The notes beneath the pieces are model-generated. The model was given only the letters and a program-made list of their open reading frames with translations. It did no database searches and had not been told where the DNA came from. From NCBI GenBank assembly GCA_963663865.1, contig OY760686.1, positions 1,664,001 to 1,728,000 on the forward strand: a stretch of 64,000 bases of DNA, in the 5' to 3' direction. This document shows positions 49,496 to 60,908 of this stretch, in pieces. Position numbers and translations under genes: made by a program. Position 1 is the first letter of the stretch, and each line of letters opens with the position of its first letter. This DNA comes from Spirochaetota bacterium. GTDB taxonomy: Bacteria; Spirochaetota; UBA4802; UBA5550.

Positions 49496-49619
49496 CAAGT
49501 TTTCCGTTATGTAGAGTTTAGCTATGCAGCTGTTTGACAGCATACCTCTTAACGGGGGTATGTCAATCAAATAAAGGCATTGTTCTTGACAGTGAGTTCA
49601 TGTCGAGTTTATTCAAGGC

Positions 49620-50342
49620 GTGGAAACGGGATTAAAAATCAGCTTAAACAGCCTCTATGACACACTTGTTCGTGAATACGGCCCTTGCGGGTGGTGGCCT
49701 CTAACCGATAAATCTGACGGGTCCTCTGTTTACAGCGGAAGGGTTCCCTGTGATGAGGACGAGCTTTTCGAAATTGCACTCGGAGCCATATTGACCCAGA
49801 ATGTCGCCTGGATAAATGTTGAAAAAGTCCTCTCGGAGCTGGTACGCCGCGGGGCTTTGAGTTCGAAGGGTATCTCCGCCACTCCTGCGGATGAACTCAG
49901 AATGATAATACGGCCGGCAGGATACTACAATCAGAAAACAGCACGCATTTGCGGTTTCATCTCCTGGCTCAATAAAATGGGGGGGATGAAGTCCCTTGCT
50001 GAATACGATACACCCGGCTTGAGATCGCTTCTGCTCAGCGTTAAGGGGATAGGCCCTGAAACAGCCGATTCAATAATTCTGTACGCCTATTCGAGAAAGG
50101 TCTTCGTTGTGGACGCCTACACACGGAGGATATTACGGCGGACGGGTATATTCAACTCCAGCTCTGATTACGAGGGGCTCAGAGCCTTTATTGAGAAGTC
50201 ATTCAGAGGCAGCGTAGACGATTACAGGGAGTACCACGCTCTGATTGTTGAACACTCCAAGCGATTCTGCCGAAAAACTCCCGACTGTGAGGGCTGTTTT
50301 CTCGGCGGAATTTGTCCCGGCAGTAAGGGCGAATCACTGTGA
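49620..50342 (+). CDS. Endonuclease III-like HhH-GPD DNA glycosylase
   Basis: GAILTQN..W.NV, KGIGPETADSI.LYA, VVDAYT and a C-terminal Fe-S cysteine cluster. Confidence 0.85.
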   Translation: METGLKISLNSLYDTLVREYGPCGWWPLTDKSDGSSVYSGRVPCDEDELFEIALGAILTQNVAWINVEKVLSELVRRGALSSKGISATPADELRMIIRPAGYYNQKTARICGFISWLNKMGGMKSLAEYDTPGLRSLLLSVKGIGPETADSIILYAYSRKVFVVDAYTRRILRRTGIFNSSSDYEGLRAFIEKSFRGSVDDYREYHALIVEHSKRFCRKTPDCEGCFLGGICPGSKGESL

Positions 50343-50567
50343 CCTTCATTTTCGATCCTGATATAATTATTACGGCCCGCCTGAAAGATTCTTATTGACA
50401 TGGAGCAGTTTCTGTGTAACTTATTCGAGTTATTTAAGTCTTATTATTTGACTCAGCGGGACGCGCTCTTCTGTGTCCGCATATCCCGTCTAAAAGAATA
50501 ACAAACCTGAATTTTAAAGAGGCAGCTGCGCGCTGTCACTATACCTATTTATCAACGGAGAAATGAG

Positions 50568-52190
50568 ATGACCCGAAAGAAACTGCAGGATATGCCTGAA
50601 ACTGCCGCGTTGCAGGAGCACTATGAAAAGATAAGAACCGTTCACATGAGGTCTCTTTTCAGCGAAGACCCGGAAAGGGCCTCCAGATTTACTCTGGAAA
50701 GAGAAGGGATATTTCTCGATTATTCAAAAAACCGGATAAACAGCAAAACAATGGATATGTTGTTTAAGCTTGCCGAAGCCTGTGACCTGAAGCGCGAAAT
50801 TGAAAGGATGTTTTCCGGCGAGAAGATAAATGAAACCGAGGGAAGGCCTGTTCTGCACGTTGCGCTTCGAAATGTGAGCGGTAATCCAGTGCTTGTTGAC
50901 GGAAAGGATGTGATGCCGGGAATAAACTCTGTTCTGGGACGAATGAGGAATCTTTCACTCAAAGTCAGGTCAGGTGAGTGGAAGGGGTACTCTGGGAAGC
51001 CTGTAAAAAACATCGTAAATATCGGCATCGGCGGATCGGACCTTGGACCCGTCATGGTGACAGAGGCTCTGAAGTTCTACTCTGATAGAAATCTCAATCT
51101 GTTTTTCGTTTCAAATGTTGACGGAACTCATATGGCCGAGACTCTCAGAAAGGTTTCGCCCGAGGACACTCTCTTTATTGTCGCGTCTAAGACATTTACT
51201 ACGCAGGAAACAATGACAAACGCGCAGACAGCAAGGGCCTGGTTCCTTCAGAACGGCGGGACAGAGGATGGCATATCCAGGCACTTTGTGGCCCTTTCTA
51301 CGAACGCCGCTGCTGTTGAGGCCTTTGGAATCGATACTGAAAATATGTTTGAGTTCTGGGACTGGGTCGGAGGACGTTACTCGCTGACATCCGCGATAGG
51401 CCTGCCGATAATGATTGCCATAGGTCCCGAAAACTTCGATCTGCTTCTGAAGGGCTATCATGGAATGGATAATCACTTCAGAACAGCTCCGCTTGATGAG
51501 AATATGCCTGTAATCCTCGCGATGCTGGGGATTTGGTACAATAACTTCTTTGGAGCAGAGACTCACGCTGTATTGCCTTACGACCAGTACCTTCACAGGT
51601 TCACGGCCTATCTTCAGCAGGCTGATATGGAGTCAAACGGCAAGTACATTGACAGAAGCGGAAACAGGGTGGCGTATCAGACCGGCCCGGTCATCTGGGG
51701 AGAGCCGGGTACAAACGGACAGCATGCCTTCTACCAGCTGATGCACCAGGGGACAAAGCTCATCCCGGCTGACTTTATATGTTTTGTCAACTCGCTGAAT
51801 AAAGTAGGCGACCACCACAGAAAGCTTCTCGCGAACTTCCTCGCTCAAACTGAAGCGCTCGCGTTCGGGAAAACTGAGCATGAGCTCATGGACGAGGGTG
51901 TTGAGGCAAGGCTGATACCGCATAAGACATTTGAGGGCAACAGGCCGACAAACTCAATTCTCATGGAGAGCCTGACGCCTGAGACACTCGGCGCACTCGT
52001 TGCGCTGTACGAACACAAAATTTTCGTACAGGGAGTTGTCTGGGATGTGTTTTCATTTGACCAGTGGGGCGTTCAGCTTGGAAAGGAGCTTGCTAACAGG
52101 ATACTTCCCGAACTTGAACCGGGCTTTAATGGTGATCTCAGACATGATTCGTCCACTAACTCGTTGATTGAGTACATCAGAAAAGGTTAA
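50568..52190 (+). CDS. pgi: Glucose-6-phosphate isomerase
   Basis: [31 protein letters not shown] and FDQWGV motifs. Confidence 0.96.
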   Translation: MTRKKLQDMPETAALQEHYEKIRTVHMRSLFSEDPERASRFTLEREGIFLDYSKNRINSKTMDMLFKLAEACDLKREIERMFSGEKINETEGRPVLHVALRNVSGNPVLVDGKDVMPGINSVLGRMRNLSLKVRSGEWKGYSGKPVKNIVNIGIGGSDLGPVMVTEALKFYSDRNLNLFFVSNVDGTHMAETLRKVSPEDTLFIVASKTFTTQETMTNAQTARAWFLQNGGTEDGISRHFVALSTNAAAVEAFGIDTENMFEFWDWVGGRYSLTSAIGLPIMIAIGPENFDLLLKGYHGMDNHFRTAPLDENMPVILAMLGIWYNNFFGAETHAVLPYDQYLHRFTAYLQQADMESNGKYIDRSGNRVAYQTGPVIWGEPGTNGQHAFYQLMHQGTKLIPADFICFVNSLNKVGDHHRKLLANFLAQTEALAFGKTEHELMDEGVEARLIPHKTFEGNRPTNSILMESLTPETLGALVALYEHKIFVQGVVWDVFSFDQWGVQLGKELANRILPELEPGFNGDLRHDSSTNSLIEYIRKG

Positions 52191-53144
52191 TTGCCGGTGA
52201 ATTTACAGGGTTCCTCCAACAACAGCGGCAGGGAAAAACAGACGTCTTCGTCAGGGCGGCGCGATTCAGTCGAAAGCAAGCTTAAAAGGCTCGATATGCT
52301 CCGGGCTGAGGCCAACAGTGTCAGAGAAAAGGATAAAATAATAATAAGAAGCCTTTTTAAGAACTTTTACCACAAAAAGCTTACGGTAGGTATTGGTTTT
52401 CAGAGGGCTTATGGATCTATTCTCGCTGGTGACTACTTTGACCTGATAAAGCTGCCTGACGCCTCCTACATGTTCGTCTTTGCGGATGTGAGCGGTCATG
52501 GGCTCCCGGCATATACGACGCTTATAAGGCTGCGTTCGGCCATAAGCCTTGCCGTAAAGGAAATGAACCAGCTCTACGCAGAGAGCGGCCGTCTTGACAC
52601 GGCCTTTCTCGTGCATGATATCAACAGCAAGTTTACCGATATTATGGAGGATTCGAATTCGTCGGATTTCGCCTGTGTTAATTTTACCATTATAGCCCAG
52701 GAGAACAACGAATTCGTACTCAGATTTTACAACAGAAGCATGCTTTTCCCAATTGTTGTCAGATCCAGGAAGGGGTCCCTGCCGCGTGTCCTGAATCTTA
52801 ATAATTCACATGAGGGCTGGAAGCCTGAAAAAAGCTTTCTTCTCAGCACCGATCTCAGGGGCCTGATGAAGCAGGAATATGACATGACCCCTGAGTGCAG
52901 GTTTACATTGAGCGAGGGCGATTCCGTGCTTTTTTACAGTGATGGGATAACGGAGGCTTGTGACGCTGAAGGGATCGAGTTTGGAGACAGCGGTGTTGAA
53001 GAGGTCTTGAAGGAGAATGCCGGACTCTTTCCGCAGGTGGTTGTGGATGACCTTTTCAGGTCAGTATATGATTATATTGGAGCACATGAAAGGCAAAAGG
53101 ATGACATGACTGCTGTAATGATCAATTTTCCTTTGCCCGGTTAG
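52191..53144 (+). CDS. SpoIIE/PP2C-family serine phosphatase
   Basis: GDYFD, ADVSGHG, YSDGITEA and DDMT motifs. Confidence 0.85.
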   Translation: MPVNLQGSSNNSGREKQTSSSGRRDSVESKLKRLDMLRAEANSVREKDKIIIRSLFKNFYHKKLTVGIGFQRAYGSILAGDYFDLIKLPDASYMFVFADVSGHGLPAYTTLIRLRSAISLAVKEMNQLYAESGRLDTAFLVHDINSKFTDIMEDSNSSDFACVNFTIIAQENNEFVLRFYNRSMLFPIVVRSRKGSLPRVLNLNNSHEGWKPEKSFLLSTDLRGLMKQEYDMTPECRFTLSEGDSVLFYSDGITEACDAEGIEFGDSGVEEVLKENAGLFPQVVVDDLFRSVYDYIGAHERQKDDMTAVMINFPLPG

Positions 53145-53257
53145 AAATAAAGCCTTGACAATAACTCCCCTGAACATAATTCTTAGCACTGTATAACTTG
53201 CCCTCTTTCTTTACGGATATAACGGCCGGATTGCATATATTATTACTGAGGTGATGA

Positions 53258-54589
53258 ATGGAAAATGTTCTCAAGAAGATTGAAGAGCTGACGCTTTCAC
53301 ACGATAAAATTTCTCCCGAATTGATAAAAGAAAAAAATGTCAAGCTCGGGCTGAGAAATCCGGACGGCACCGGAGTTGTTGTAGGTATAACCACCAAGGG
53401 GAAGGTCGTCGGCTATGAAAAAGGCCCTGACGGAAAAAAGGTTCCAGTCCCGGGCAAACTCTATTATTGCGGTTATGATATAGAAGGCATTATTAAGGAC
53501 GTCATCACAAGAAAGGACTTCGGATTCGAGGAGACTGTATATCTTCTTCTTACAGGCAAATTGCCAAGCCAGAGCTATCTTAACGCCTTTAAGACCATAC
53601 TTGGACAGCGGCGCTGCCTTACAAGGCAGGAACGAAGCGTCATAATGGAAGAGGTTCAGAATGAGAACCAGATGTACGGTCTTCACAGCGTCATATCGCA
53701 TCTTGGAAGATGCGATTCCAATCCGGATTCAGTCGACATCAAGGATGTAAGCAGGCAATGTCTTGATCTGATTGCCAAGTTCCCCACAATAGTAGCGTAT
53801 AATTACAATGTCACAAGGTTCAAACGCGGATACGACTTGAAGATGGTGAGGCCGGTGCCGGAACTCAGCACGGCAGAGAATTTTCTGTACATGCTCAAGT
53901 CCGAGATGCCGGACAGCGACGAAGCCCACCTCTTTGACCTTGCCCTTATTCTTCATGCTGAACATGGCGGAGGCAATAATTCAACATTTGCCGTCAGAAC
54001 CGTATCTTCAAGCGGCGCCAACACCTACATGGCCATTGCGGCAGGCATCGCTTCGCTAAGCGGACATCTTCACGGAGGCGCAAACGAGTCGGTAATGAAG
54101 ATGATGAAGGACTTAAAAAAGAATGTCAGGGAATGGTCAAGCGAAAGTGAAATATCAGCATATATAAACGCAATTCTTGACCGGAAGGCCAATGACGGAT
54201 CAGGAAAGGTTTACGGGCTTGGTCATGCTGTCTATACCCTGTCCGATCCCAGGGCCGAGATACTGAGGGAATACGCCAGAGATTTCGCAAAGAAGAAGGG
54301 CGCTGAAGAGGAGTTCGGACTTTACGAAAATGTTGACCGCATAGCAAGCAGATTACTTTCCGAAAGAAAAGGTGTTCCCATTAAAGCTAATGTGGATTTT
54401 TATTCAGGATTTATATACAGGCTCATAGGCATACCCCAGGAGCTGTTTACTCCAATTTTTGCAATGGCGCGTGTGGCGGGCTGGTCCGCTCACAGGCTTG
54501 AGCAGATTGTGCAGGGTAAAATTATGAGGCCCGCTTACATTGCCGCCAATCAGGAAGATAAGTCCTATTTACCAATCGGAGAAAGGTGA
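53258..54589 (+). CDS. gltA: Citrate synthase
   Basis: HAEHGGGNNSTF, LHGGAN, GLGHAVY, ANVDFYSG and AR..GW.AH motifs. Confidence 0.9.
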   Translation: MENVLKKIEELTLSHDKISPELIKEKNVKLGLRNPDGTGVVVGITTKGKVVGYEKGPDGKKVPVPGKLYYCGYDIEGIIKDVITRKDFGFEETVYLLLTGKLPSQSYLNAFKTILGQRRCLTRQERSVIMEEVQNENQMYGLHSVISHLGRCDSNPDSVDIKDVSRQCLDLIAKFPTIVAYNYNVTRFKRGYDLKMVRPVPELSTAENFLYMLKSEMPDSDEAHLFDLALILHAEHGGGNNSTFAVRTVSSSGANTYMAIAAGIASLSGHLHGGANESVMKMMKDLKKNVREWSSESEISAYINAILDRKANDGSGKVYGLGHAVYTLSDPRAEILREYARDFAKKKGAEEEFGLYENVDRIASRLLSERKGVPIKANVDFYSGFIYRLIGIPQELFTPIFAMARVAGWSAHRLEQIVQGKIMRPAYIAANQEDKSYLPIGER

Positions 54590-55044
54590 TGACAGATAGC
54601 TTACCGACATGTGAGTTTCCTGCATCAAATCCAGCCGGGCCAGAGGTGGTAGATGTACTGAAAAAATCCAGGCGTATAGCTGTTGTGGGGCTTTCTCCGC
54701 GGCCTGAGCGCGAAAGCAATATGGTTGCGGCATACCTCCTGGAGCATGGATATGATGTAATCCCTGTTAATCCGGCTGAGAGCGAGATTCTCGGAAGACC
54801 ATGCTATCCTGACCTCAGGTCTGTTCCCGTAAAAATTGATATTGTGGACATTTTCAGAAAGACCGACGCCATACCGGAAATTATAGCTCAGGCCCTTGAA
54901 ATCGGGCCTCAATGTGTTTGGCTTCAGTTAGGCCTCGCCTATAACGCCGCCATAGAATCCCTGGCTGAGGCGGGAATCGTGTATGTTCAGTCAAAATGTC
55001 TGAAGATAGAGCATTCCCGTCTTCTCGCAGAAGGGAAACTTTAG
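54586..55044 (+). CDS. CoA-binding protein (YccU-like)
   Basis: IAVVGLS, PVNP, DIVDIFR and WLQLG motifs. Confidence 0.85.
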   Translation: MMTDSLPTCEFPASNPAGPEVVDVLKKSRRIAVVGLSPRPERESNMVAAYLLEHGYDVIPVNPAESEILGRPCYPDLRSVPVKIDIVDIFRKTDAIPEIIAQALEIGPQCVWLQLGLAYNAAIESLAEAGIVYVQSKCLKIEHSRLLAEGKL

Positions 55045-55075
55045 GCCGCTGTCAGGCCTTAGCCGGAGGTAGGCC

Positions 55076-55732
55076 TTGGAAATCTGCCACATCAGCTATT
55101 CCCGACTCTTTGCCTTTCTTGAGAGACAGAACAGGCCTGTGATGGAGATTGACCTTATCAGAGAGTTTATACCGGCTGAAGATACGGCCCGGGGGCCGGA
55201 GTGTTTGTTTCAGAAGCATTTCTCTGTCTATCACGCGCTGCATGTCCTGAAGGGCAAGGCGGGCCGCAGAGGTTACTATCTTCACCTTGATCCTCAAAGA
55301 ATAAGGCTTCTGCCGGTTCCGGGGCAGGGAAGTTGCGGATATTACTACCCGGAAGAAGGCTGCTTCTGTGGAGCGGTGGAGAAGGCCTCGGGACGCTGTG
55401 AGAACCACCTGAGAGCTGACAGCTCCGGTGTAAACCTTCCTGTGCACGATCCTCTGCATGAGTTCTACATGAACAGATCAAACATCTCCTTCGGGGAGTC
55501 CACTGAGCTTGCCGCGAATACGGAGGCGATAAAAAATTACGCGCTCAACAGGGAAGCGGCCGATACAGCTCTTGCTGTTCTGGGCATTTCACGCCCTGAT
55601 CCACGCAAAATAAAGGAGAGGTACCGGGCTGTTGCTCGTGAGGCCCATCCCGACCTTAATGGCGGGGATGATACGAGAATGAAGGAGATAAACGAGGCTT
55701 TCAGCCTGCTTGAGTCAGTTTTTCGCCTTTAG
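55076..55732 (+). CDS. DnaJ-related protein with a C-terminal J domain
   Basis: LFQKHF.VYHAL N-terminal region; C-terminal HPD.NGG...MKEINEAF. Confidence 0.75.
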   Translation: MEICHISYSRLFAFLERQNRPVMEIDLIREFIPAEDTARGPECLFQKHFSVYHALHVLKGKAGRRGYYLHLDPQRIRLLPVPGQGSCGYYYPEEGCFCGAVEKASGRCENHLRADSSGVNLPVHDPLHEFYMNRSNISFGESTELAANTEAIKNYALNREAADTALAVLGISRPDPRKIKERYRAVAREAHPDLNGGDDTRMKEINEAFSLLESVFRL

Positions 55733-55740
55733 AAATCACC

Positions 55741-56910
55741 TTGACTGCGAAGGCGGAGATTGATATTATAAACTCTATGAAAGAAAGTGAAAAGTTTACA
55801 TTTATCATTAACCGGGGCATAAAGGAAGGCTTCGAGGTTCTTGAACTCAGAAAAATGGATTTTCTGCAGATGACAGCCGGGCTGCTCAGAAAACCCAGAA
55901 AGGTCTTTCTCGGACTTGGTGATTTTCTCGAAGTAGGGGATTACAGCAAGCTCCTTGACACCCTGTTTTTCAATGTTGAAGGAGTGAAAATAGAGAAGCT
56001 TCTGGATGAGTATAACCGCAAGATATCAGCGGACGGCAATATCCCTCTGTCCTTTTTTAAAATCGCCGTTTACTATCCGGACTTTCTCCTGAAGGATGTT
56101 CCGACGTTCTGCGTTTCCGTTATTGGAAAAAAATCCCGGCTCTTCCCCGGAGCTGAAAATTTCATCAGATACATCAAGGACTTCGATCCGCTGATTCTTA
56201 CGGCAATGCCCTATGAAATAGCGATTGAGTTCGGACGCCGTTTGGACTTGAATGACGAAAATCTTCTTTCGACGAGCTACATTACAAGGCGCGGGGGCCG
56301 TCTGAAGGATGTCTATGCTGGCGGAGTTAACAGGTTCGTTTCCGGAAACCGCAAGGCCATCGAGATTGAGAAGCGGCTTACAGGGCTTGATCTCAGAAAT
56401 GAAGACGCCGTCTACATAGGAAGAGGAGAAGCGGGGGTCAAAACATTCTCGCATGTCAACTCCGTTGCCTTTAATCCGCCGGTGAATATAATGCCTGAAT
56501 CCAGGATTACACTTTACGGCTCATCCCTTGAGTCTCTCTTAGTCCTTTTTAATTTCGGAGATAAACATGCCAGGCTGTTGATTTCTGACGCGTGGGAGCA
56601 GTATATGCCCTCTCTTATTGTTTATTCTGAAGTTAAAGAGAAGTCCGAAGAGCTTATTGAGATTGAGAAGATGCACCTGAAATGGCAGGACAACATTATT
56701 GCCCAGAGAATCGAACATTCCGGTGAAAGCTACAAGTCAGTTGAACGGGAGATTGAGGTAATACTCGGGGGATACTTTGTCGATATGAAGGAAGTACGTG
56801 AAATGATAAACAGCCGAATGAAGGCGTATCGGAACTCTCCAGAAGCCCTCATGGAAGAAATTTACAGGATGGCATCAGCGCGGTACACCAATCTGTGTTC
56901 CGCGCGATAG
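55741..56910 (+). CDS. Hypothetical protein, possibly a degenerate HAD fold
   Basis: 389-aa ORF co-oriented with its neighbours; LFPGA..FI and AVYIG segments. Confidence 0.5.
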   Translation: MTAKAEIDIINSMKESEKFTFIINRGIKEGFEVLELRKMDFLQMTAGLLRKPRKVFLGLGDFLEVGDYSKLLDTLFFNVEGVKIEKLLDEYNRKISADGNIPLSFFKIAVYYPDFLLKDVPTFCVSVIGKKSRLFPGAENFIRYIKDFDPLILTAMPYEIAIEFGRRLDLNDENLLSTSYITRRGGRLKDVYAGGVNRFVSGNRKAIEIEKRLTGLDLRNEDAVYIGRGEAGVKTFSHVNSVAFNPPVNIMPESRITLYGSSLESLLVLFNFGDKHARLLISDAWEQYMPSLIVYSEVKEKSEELIEIEKMHLKWQDNIIAQRIEHSGESYKSVEREIEVILGGYFVDMKEVREMINSRMKAYRNSPEALMEEIYRMASARYTNLCSAR

Positions 56911-56922
56911 GCCGTAACCTGA

Positions 56923-57417
56923 TTAGCAGCAGCAGCCGTCTTCGCCGCAGGAACCTTCACCGCATGAAGAGCAGCCTGAACCGTACTTCGGCGAGTCATT
57001 GATGTCGACAACCTTGACTTTGAAATTCAGAGTCTTGCCGGCCATAGGGTGATTCAGGTCAATAAAAACCTCGGAATCAGTTACCTGTTTGATCTGTGCC
57101 GGCATTGTCATGCCGTTTGCCATACCAACCTCAATTACCATTCCTTCCTGAGGTTCAAAGCTCTGTCTGACCTGATCAATCGGCATCGGCTGTACTCTCG
57201 CGTCGTCGTATTCTCCGTATGCTTCGGCTGGTTCAATGCGGACCTCTTTTTCTTCGTCAAGATTCATGTCCGCAACAGCTTTGTCAAGTCCCGGGATAAT
57301 CATGCCTGAACCGATTTCAAACTCCAGAAGATCTCCGTCCTCATTTGAGTCAAAAACCTCCTTGTTGTCAAAAAAACCGGTATATTTTATCGCCGCGAAT
57401 TTTCCGTTTTCAATCAT
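56923..57417 (-). CDS. slyD: FKBP-type peptidyl-prolyl isomerase SlyD
   Basis: FDS, IIPGL, AYGE and DLNHPMAGKTL.F motifs; Cys-rich tail. Confidence 0.9.
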   Translation of the reverse strand: MIENGKFAAIKYTGFFDNKEVFDSNEDGDLLEFEIGSGMIIPGLDKAVADMNLDEEKEVRIEPAEAYGEYDDARVQPMPIDQVRQSFEPQEGMVIEVGMANGMTMPAQIKQVTDSEVFIDLNHPMAGKTLNFKVKVVDINDSPKYGSGCSSCGEGSCGEDGCCC

Positions 57418-57581
57418 GATGCCTCCATTTGTTTTTGATTATTTTTGGTTAAGGATATTTAAGGGAGGAAACGTAAAGTGTTAACTACCTTTATTTGATT
57501 ATGCCACATTATCGGGATATGGCTTAATGTAAAGGAATAAAAGTGACGGTTAAGGGCCTTTATGTTGAATATGAAAAATTA

Positions 57582-57860
57582 TTAGAGGATATATCCTGGA
57601 GGGTATACCCTTCTATCGCTCTCCCTGCGTTCGCCAACCCTTCTATCAAGGGCCCCGTCAGATAGACGTCTGTCGAAGAGTTCTGCGGCTGCTCTGATGG
57701 ATGGATGCCTACGGTCTTCAATTCTGCGGTCAGAAACCCGCCTTTCGCTTGCGCGTTTGTCGAATAAAATTGCATTGTTACGCGAACTTATGTATCTGTA
57801 GACCATCAAAGCCGCTCCGGCGGTGATCAACAGGAAGAAAGCGAATGTTACAGCAGTCAT
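57582..57860 (-). CDS. Small membrane-anchored protein with repeated D/ERR motifs
   Basis: GGAGG RBS, N-terminal TM helix, DKRASERRVSDRRIEDRR and DRRVGERRESDRR. Confidence 0.6.
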   Translation of the reverse strand: MTAVTFAFFLLITAGAALMVYRYISSRNNAILFDKRASERRVSDRRIEDRRHPSIRAAAELFDRRLSDGALDRRVGERRESDRRVYPPGYIL

Positions 57861-57938
57861 ATCTGCCTCCTCGAATGATTGTTGAAGTAAATATATTCAA
57901 GTATGGACGGGGCGGCAAGTTTTCTGCATCCAGTAGCT

Positions 57939-59033
57939 TTATTTTGAAACAGAATCGAAAAATTCAGTATAGTGAACCTCGCTAAGCGCGTCAATATCCT
58001 CAATAAAAAAACCAATTCTAATGCTGTTGTTCTGACCGGGCGCGATATTTTTTACGGTTGCGAGGATTGAAGCCTTTTTGTTTTCTGGAAGAATCATATC
58101 AAGGCTGATCTGGGAGTTTAGCTTGAAATATCTGATAAATTTGCGCTCCTTTATGGTGATCCCAAAGCCTGAGGGGGATACATTCGAAACGAGCATTCTC
58201 TCTTCAGAAGGTTTGAATATTTTGTACTCCCTGAACACCCTGTCGGCGAAAAGACAGAATTTCCGGACATGAGCTGAGTAGGTGCTGTCTATCGGGCTGA
58301 GTGAATTTACGGTGATATATCCATAGGGTAGTTTCCCGTAGAGAAGCATCGGAACCGATACCTCAGAGATGTAATCAGGGTTCTCTTTTAGAAAGTTGTC
58401 GTTGGGAATAATGTTACTCCTGTAGTATGAGTAGTCTGACTCCTTTCCTGCCGGGGCATTAGTTTGTATGTTTTCGATATAGATGGGTGTTCGCCTCAGG
58501 TTGAAGTAGTGCATTCTCTTGTCGTTGTGGGATTCATTCATTAAAAAGAGCCTCATTTTATGCATCGGGCTGCCGAATTCGGAATTGATGATGTCCCTGA
58601 TCTGGTCGGTCTTTTTCAGAGAAAGGGCGAGCGTGTTTTCAACAATGAAATCTGCTATTATATTTGTTATAAATGCCAGTTTACGGTTGCCTTCACCTTC
58701 TGCAACCGGGGTTCTTGTCTCAGCTCTGGACTGTGAAATTATCTGAACTCGTGTAGGCTTAAGAATAAAGAGATTTTCTTCCTGTTTCTCTACGTTATTA
58801 AGAAAAGCATAGAAAACCTCAGTGCCAAGCCTTGTGAAAATTATAACTTCCCCGTTAATTGTTTTTATATGGGGGATTTTGAACGCCGCTGTTTCGCCGC
58901 TGAATCCGAGATAACGTACCGGCATTTTGCCGTCTTTTAACCTGAGAAATATCTCCCTCCCGCTGAAGTATTTGGTGAAAAGATCGGGAAAGTTATCGGT
59001 CAGTGTCTGACTGGTTAGATTGGACTGTTTCAT
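57939..59033 (-). CDS. DUF1577-like protein with PilZ-like elements
   Basis: RAETR, GAF-like SEVSVP..YGYI and C-terminal NVSPSG PilZ-like motif. Confidence 0.55.
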   Translation of the reverse strand: MKQSNLTSQTLTDNFPDLFTKYFSGREIFLRLKDGKMPVRYLGFSGETAAFKIPHIKTINGEVIIFTRLGTEVFYAFLNNVEKQEENLFILKPTRVQIISQSRAETRTPVAEGEGNRKLAFITNIIADFIVENTLALSLKKTDQIRDIINSEFGSPMHKMRLFLMNESHNDKRMHYFNLRRTPIYIENIQTNAPAGKESDYSYYRSNIIPNDNFLKENPDYISEVSVPMLLYGKLPYGYITVNSLSPIDSTYSAHVRKFCLFADRVFREYKIFKPSEERMLVSNVSPSGFGITIKERKFIRYFKLNSQISLDMILPENKKASILATVKNIAPGQNNSIRIGFFIEDIDALSEVHYTEFFDSVSK

Positions 59034-59252
59034 CTGTGATATGGAAATCCTTCTCCGCGGATAATCAGGAGTATTCAGTTTTTTTCAGGTTCGAAGTATT
59101 CATCTGTCCTGTCGGGCATGCATCAACATTGTCTGTTATTCTATGGCTGATTATTCATTAAGCAAGGATTATTTATAAGAGAAATGTTTTTTAGTCTTAA
59201 AAAAGCATCAAAACACTATTAAACAGATTACAAAATGCAGGAGTGCATTTTA

Positions 59253-60908
59253 TTAGAATTTTGCGCGGTTTAATATTTCCCTGCTGGGTGCGATGTTCTT
59301 TTTTGTTAGAAATGATTCTAACTCCTGCATTGAGCTGAAGGGCCTGTTCATAAGGATTTCTGAAGCTCCCTTACGGCTTATTCCAGGTATATGCTCAAGG
59401 GCCTTAGCGGACAGGTCATTGAACCGGAACGGGACTGGCAGACAGGTGAGAGAACGCTCGCGGTGTCCGACAACAACAGAATCAACAAAGCTTCCTTCAG
59501 GAAGGTTCACCGGGTGTTTGACTGTAATGGAATAGCTTGCTATCTGCTTCCCGAGTGAATATTCATTCCGGTTTTCGAGGATTTTATTAGACTTTATAAC
59601 TGTTCCAAGGGGATAAATTCTTTTAAGCATCTCCGTGTCAATTTCCGATCTGATTTTTCCGCGGTAGAACTCAAAACGGGAGACTGTTTTTGAGGTGACC
59701 CTGTACGGAGATATAAACATGCCGGTATCAGGATAGGGTGTGAGCTTCCTTATGTTTATCCTTTTTACCATCAGGCCCTGATTCAGGATTTCGTTGAGGA
59801 TTTCAAAATTTATTTTGAATGTCTCCGTTGTCTCTCCTCTGAGGCCGTGTATCAGATTAATTCCTGGAAGAATGGCGGGGATTCCATTTCTTCTTTCTCC
59901 GCCGGCGCGGTTGATAATTCGTACAGCTTCAACAGCCTGGGCGGGAGTGACCTTCAGGTTGTTTAGCGGGATGAGCCTTGAATCGAAGGACTCAATGCCC
60001 AGCGCCATGGTGTCGCCTTCGCTGACAGCCGCGGCAATGGAAGATATAATCTTCTCAGACCTCTCCGGGAAGTTTACGATTGTTCCCGGGTTGGCATTGT
60101 CAATGTTCAGCACATCAATAAGCCCTCTTTCCCGTCTGCTCTTTAATTCGCCGAAGAGCTCCATGACTGGCGCCGGATCGGGTTCTGGAAATCCGTTAAC
60201 ATATCCTTTTAGTGATGATCCGTACTGGATAATATCTGCCTGTCTGCCTATTCTGAACCTTGTAACACCTGCGGCGATAAGGACGTCGATTTCCCTGAGA
60301 ATGCCCTCAATCGGTCTGAAGTTGATTTCAGGGAAAAGCCCCTCTGAACAGAATGAGCAATGCTGCTCACGCGGGCATCCGCGGTAGGTCTCTATCTCAC
60401 AGATTACGTCAGGAAAGTCCGGGTGCTGTTTGACTATTTGAGCTCCCGCTGCGCACCAGATGTCGGTTTCAGCCGTCGACCTGTAAGGGGCTTCATCCCC
60501 CCCTGAGATTAAAGAAAACGCTGCCTTCTCTATGTCGCCTTTTACCCTTCGGGCGTTAGCGGGCAGGTCAGGCATTGCCGCAGCGACCGGCCCTCCGATA
60601 TGAAATTCCGAGTTCGGATTAACACTGATTATCTTTCTGATCTCCGCCGCTGTCCCGATCTTTGTGCCGAGGTATTTCCCAGGCACTACGGCCCCGCCAA
60701 AAAGAAAAACGGTATCATACTTTGAGGTAAAAGCATAATCAGTTTCTCTGAGAGATGATATGGCGAGGTATGCAATATCCGTCTCAGGGACACCCGCTGT
60801 AAGGAGCGAGCCGTATATGCAGCGGGGGTAGGGAGATATGAACGGCGGTACGCCGAAGCATGCGGGTTCGTCGACAAAACAGTCGAGAATCAGATAGCGT
60901 TTTCGCAT
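59253..60908 (-). CDS. Radical SAM protein with a C-terminal helix-hairpin-helix (COG1031-like)
   Basis: DCFVDEPACFGVPPFISPYPR, VPGKYL, ETYRGC....CSFC, IDNANP and IPGIS HhH. Confidence 0.78.
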   Translation of the reverse strand: MRKRYLILDCFVDEPACFGVPPFISPYPRCIYGSLLTAGVPETDIAYLAISSLRETDYAFTSKYDTVFLFGGAVVPGKYLGTKIGTAAEIRKIISVNPNSEFHIGGPVAAAMPDLPANARRVKGDIEKAAFSLISGGDEAPYRSTAETDIWCAAGAQIVKQHPDFPDVICEIETYRGCPREQHCSFCSEGLFPEINFRPIEGILREIDVLIAAGVTRFRIGRQADIIQYGSSLKGYVNGFPEPDPAPVMELFGELKSRRERGLIDVLNIDNANPGTIVNFPERSEKIISSIAAAVSEGDTMALGIESFDSRLIPLNNLKVTPAQAVEAVRIINRAGGERRNGIPAILPGINLIHGLRGETTETFKINFEILNEILNQGLMVKRINIRKLTPYPDTGMFISPYRVTSKTVSRFEFYRGKIRSEIDTEMLKRIYPLGTVIKSNKILENRNEYSLGKQIASYSITVKHPVNLPEGSFVDSVVVGHRERSLTCLPVPFRFNDLSAKALEHIPGISRKGASEILMNRPFSSMQELESFLTKKNIAPSREILNRAKF

